Positions 34,601 through 36,940 of a DNA stretch of 36,940 nucleotides are shown here, piece by piece. The DNA lies in the NCBI GenBank assembly GCA_046538345.1, contig JBKHJB010000003.1:1-36940 (forward strand), read 5' to 3'. Positions within the stretch are counted from its first letter, which is position 1, and every line of letters begins with the position of its first letter. The notes beneath the pieces are model-generated. The model was not told the origin of the DNA. It saw nothing but the letters and a program-made list of their open reading frames with translations, and ran no database searches. The position numbers were made by a program, and so were the translations under genes. This stretch comes from Phycisphaerae bacterium. Its GTDB lineage: Bacteria; Planctomycetota; Phycisphaerae; SM23-33.

Positions 34601-34776
34601 ATGTCCTCCGGCGAGACTCCCTCGTAGGTGGTGGTCACCAACACGTAGGGAACGGCGACATCCGGAGCGGCCTCGCGGGGAAGCGTGATATAGCTATACG
34701 TTCCGGCGACCGCTATGAGCATGACCATAACGGCTACGGTTACGCGGTTTCGGATTGCGGCATCGCTGAGGATCAC
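31609..34776 (-). CDS. RND efflux transporter permease (AcrB/AcrD/AcrF family, 1055 aa)
   Basis: Motifs GVSPEDIENTVTREIE, GMLVDNAIVIVENIYRH, RLRPVMLTAITT. GTG at 34776 with a GAGG RBS. Confidence 0.96.
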   Translation of the reverse strand: MILSDAAIRNRVTVAVMVMLIAVAGTYSYITLPREAAPDVAVPYVLVTTTYEGVSPEDIENTVTREIEPQLSGIKGVKEISSVSAEGVSTIVAEFEPDVNIEDALQYVRQKVDQARGDLPTDADEPIIREINVAEFPIIYANITGDVSMKRLKDMADDLQDRMERVTGVLEVDILGTLERDIRIEFDADALTAWSLTIPEVLELIPAENVNVSAGGLETEGMKFNVRVPAEFVEPREVMELLVTVRDGRPIYLYDVARVVDTFKDRETYSRVDGRQSVTLAVRKRVGANIVDVAEEVKDIFFSAAEEAPDALEFVITDDRSEDIDRMVKDLENNIGAALLLVVVVLMLFLGFRSSLVVAVAIPLSMAMSFFIVQAVGFTLNMIVLFSLVLAVGMLVDNAIVIVENIYRHMQLGYGRIEAAKRGASQVAWPVITSTATTVSAFIPLLFWPGIVGDFMKYLPATVIIVLCSSLFVALVVSPVVCTLVTGKAKRRERNSRILNGYRRLLSTALAHRAVVLSLVGLLLVGLGLYYVKRGEGVEFFPTTDPRRAVINIRAPQGTHIDKTNELAKRIEQRVTKYLDHPRYGRELKHYVTNVGSTGGRGVLLGGGGSGPHVANVTLVFRDYEDRPRPSAEIVRELREELTDFAGAEVSISEEEMGPPTGAPVTVRLIGEDFKVLEDLSRQAERMIRDVPGLVNLRNDYEASRPEMAFQVDRRRAMLLGVNPRTIGNFLKMAIFGQKVGSYRELDDEYDITVRLPEHQRNKIDDLLRLRVPNTRGRPVPLSSLGEFQYRGGYGTIYRVDQDRVITITADAEGRLSQDVLSDVQQRIDELDMPGGYRVEYAGEQEDREEAGAFLKRALIMALLLIVLVLVTQFNTLSVPAVIMITVVLSMIGVLTGLLVTSLPFGIMMTGIGVISLAGVVVNNAIVLLAYTRDLQRQGHDVTSAAVEAGVTRLRPVMLTAITTIMGLIPMATGLHIDFHNLRIATSSESADWWRTMAVSVIFGLGFATVLTLVVVPTLYVTIYRMAARLGMGGLQRPDEKEQSQIETAPEATAR

Positions 34777-34789
34777 GGGAATTTCCTCA

Positions 34790-35977
34790 CTACTCGACGG
34801 TTCCCGCCCCACCCGGCGGCGGAACGCGGGAACTGTCCGGAAGGAGCATCTCAGCGCTGGGGGACGACTGCTCGGCGAGCACCTTCACCTGCTGACCCGG
34901 TCCGACATACTGGCGACCCTCTACTATCAGCCGGTCGCCGCTGGACAGCCCTTCTGTAATCTGCACCCACTGGCCGATGATCACACCCCGCTCGACCTCG
35001 CGCCTGCGGGCCTCACCATCCTGCTCCACATAGACCGCATAGGAGTCTTCCATGCGGACTACCGCGCTCAGGGGGATCATCAGCACCTCTGTAAGCTCAC
35101 GGCGGACAAAAGCGACCCGGACCATCTGCCCCGGACGCAGCGCCCTGTCGGGGTTCTCTACAGTCACCTCCACGCGACTGGTGCGCGTCTGCTCGTCCGC
35201 CAGTTCGCTGATGTAGGTTATTGGTCCCTCCGCCCGGCCGCGGTCGTGGATGACCCTTGCGCGGTCGCCTTCGCGGAGAAAGTGCACGTCACGCTCGGGG
35301 ACCGCCACCACAACCTTCACGTTGCTGGTGTCGACTATCCGTCCCACCACAGTGCCCGGCGCCACATACTCGCCGACCTCCACCGGCCGGCGGTCAAGGA
35401 CACCCCCGGCGGGGGCCTCGATGGTGGTACGCTCCAGCTTGGCGACCGCGGATTCATAGGCGGCCTTGCTGACCTCCATCGCCGCGCCGGCGCGCTCGAC
35501 CTCGCGTGGAGTGGCGGCGTCCCGCTGTGAGACCGCCAGAAGTCGCTCGTACTCGCTGCGGTCGTAATCGGCTTGGGCGCGTGTGCGGTCCACCTCCGCC
35601 TGAAGAAGGTCGGTGTTCAGACGGCATATGACATCGCCGGGGCCGACCCGCTCGCCCTCCTTGACCGGGAAGTCCTCGATACGTGCGGACACCTCGGCCG
35701 CCACGTTCACCACGCGGTTTGGCTCCACGTCGCCGGGCGCGGTGAACGCGTCCGGAAGGGACGGTACCGGTTCGACGACCATCACTTCCACGTTCACCGG
35801 TTTGGGCTCCGTGGGGACGGCCTCTCGGCTCTGCCGCGGCAGGAGAAAAACGATCGCGAGCACGGCGAGCGCCACCACCGCGACCACGGACAGCGAAATC
35901 AGCAGTCCCCGACGGCCGGCTCGGGACGGCTTTTCGGAATGTTTCTCGTCGCCCGGTTTCCGTTTGCCCAATTTCAT
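34790..35977 (-). CDS. RND periplasmic adaptor (membrane fusion protein)
   Basis: N-terminal TM, VKEGERVGPGD lipoyl half, TIEAPAGG, LRPGQMVRV, IPLSAVV, GLSSGDRLIVEG. Confidence 0.95.
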   Translation of the reverse strand: MKLGKRKPGDEKHSEKPSRAGRRGLLISLSVVAVVALAVLAIVFLLPRQSREAVPTEPKPVNVEVMVVEPVPSLPDAFTAPGDVEPNRVVNVAAEVSARIEDFPVKEGERVGPGDVICRLNTDLLQAEVDRTRAQADYDRSEYERLLAVSQRDAATPREVERAGAAMEVSKAAYESAVAKLERTTIEAPAGGVLDRRPVEVGEYVAPGTVVGRIVDTSNVKVVVAVPERDVHFLREGDRARVIHDRGRAEGPITYISELADEQTRTSRVEVTVENPDRALRPGQMVRVAFVRRELTEVLMIPLSAVVRMEDSYAVYVEQDGEARRREVERGVIIGQWVQITEGLSSGDRLIVEGRQYVGPGQQVKVLAEQSSPSAEMLLPDSSRVPPPGGAGTVE

Positions 35978-36612
35978 GCTCCCTGGTCGGTCTCGCCGGT
36001 AAGCCCGGCCAACACTGCTCGCTGTAACGCCTCAAGGAACTCGCGGTCCACGCGAGATTCGCCCTCGAGGATGGCCTGTACGGTTATGCCCCGCAACAGC
36101 GAGATTATCAGAGCCGCGGCCATCGACGGGTCGAAACGCCGCGGAAGATCCCCGCGCTTAAGACCCTCCCGGAGCATTTCTGCCAGCTTCTCCCGGCGAC
36201 GGGCGTACATCGTGCTCAACCATCTCGATGTCTCGCCGGTGCGCTCCTGACGCGCGGCCGTTGCCCAGAACTCCAGCACCAGCCGCCCTATCCGGATGTA
36301 GTCGTTGAGCCGCTCGTACCACGTCTCCAGGAGCTTGGAAATTTTCTCCAACGTGGGCAAGTCCTGTCCGGCGATTGTGTCCAGCACGCGGTCGTCCGCG
36401 GAAACGGCACTGGTGAACACTTCACGAAAGAGGTCCCGCTTGCTGGAGAAATAGTTATAGACGCTGCCCTTGGAGATCCCCGCCCGACCGGCGATGTCGT
36501 CCATGGTGGTCTCAGCGTATCCGTGAGTATCGAAGACGACCGCGGCAACCGAGAGTATCTCCTCTTTCCGCTGACGGGATGCGCCGTTTTTTCCATTGGT
36601 CTCGTCGGCCAA
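35974..36612 (-). CDS. TetR/AcrR family transcriptional regulator (212 aa)
   Basis: HTH segment GYAETTMDDIAGRAGISKGSVYNYFSSKRDLF. Start reassigned to TTG at 36612, preceded by AGGAG. The stop overlaps the MFP start. Confidence 0.93.
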   Translation of the reverse strand: MADETNGKNGASRQRKEEILSVAAVVFDTHGYAETTMDDIAGRAGISKGSVYNYFSSKRDLFREVFTSAVSADDRVLDTIAGQDLPTLEKISKLLETWYERLNDYIRIGRLVLEFWATAARQERTGETSRWLSTMYARRREKLAEMLREGLKRGDLPRRFDPSMAAALIISLLRGITVQAILEGESRVDREFLEALQRAVLAGLTGETDQGA

Positions 36613-36758
36613 TATGTGCGCTCCTGCTGCACTTCGGGCGACCGGTTTGACTTTTCTGCGAAACCGCCCGGCCTGATGTTCCACCCTGGCGGTATGCGTC
36701 GGTAGCTTGCACGGCTGCTTTTTGCTGGTCAGTCGTCCGGAAACTACACGCGCCGACA

Positions 36759-36782
36759 TTTTGACTGACCAGTCAGTCAAAA
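36759..36782. promoter_or_regulatory. Palindromic TetR-type operator
   Basis: TTTTGACTGAC-CA-GTCAGTCAAAA, 11-bp perfect arms, directly downstream of the -10 box of the tetR-MFP-RND promoter. Confidence 0.85.
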
Positions 36783-36784
36783 GT

Positions 36785-36813
36785 ATTATAGGGTTCCCTC
36801 GCTCGGAACGCAA
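36785..36813 (-). promoter_or_regulatory. Sigma70 promoter of the tetR-MFP-RND operon
   Basis: Minus strand TTGCGT (36813-36808), 17 bp spacer, TATAAT (36790-36785). Confidence 0.8.
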
Positions 36814-36940
36814 GCGATATTGTACATTAGCTAAGCGATTTACTTGCAGTGGCTTGGGTTTGTTTTTGACTTCGGCGTTCGCCCCGCAATCCGCCGGTGG
36901 AAACTGTGGGGGTGACCCCCTAAGCAAAAGGGCCGCGACC

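Noticed and set aside
36812-36839. AAGCGAT direct repeat in the AT-rich stretch upstream of the -35 box
   Set aside because: Only two 7-bp copies, and the neighbouring gene lies outside the window; too weak to call.
36613-36927. 105-aa N-terminal extension of the TetR ORF
   Set aside because: It runs through the operator and promoter. An AGGAG RBS supports the TTG start at 36612.

Overview
GC-rich, gene-dense bacterial chromosomal window, most likely from a planctomycete (Phycisphaerae-like). That placement is inferred from the HTH-receiver regulator and overall gene content and was not tested. It holds 27 protein-coding genes. Housekeeping genes are nusB (partial), ribH, ahcY, yidC, tsaB, pdxA and ribE. 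The rest are a three-gene signalling operon (Xis/BldC-type HTH-REC regulator, HDOD histidine kinase, REC-coil-GAF protein), a DUF4139 protein, a cytoplasmic sulfatase, an orphan membrane histidine kinase, a metallophosphoesterase, an ACT protein, a divergent DUF547 lipoprotein, two AsmA-like proteins, a membrane/TPR-like protein, a MoxR-DUF58-transglutaminase operon, a divergent YchF, and a TetR-MFP-RND operon with a clear promoter and operator. I found no tRNA, rRNA, CRISPR array, transposase or phage gene. The best candidate for an undescribed system is the HTH-REC/HDOD-kinase/REC-GAF module. Its upstream region has RRTC boxes in exact 9-bp phase, as expected for a BldC-like protein that oligomerises head-to-tail on DNA, and it lies next to a highly structured 145-nt element. 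All calls come from reading motifs by eye; no searches were run.
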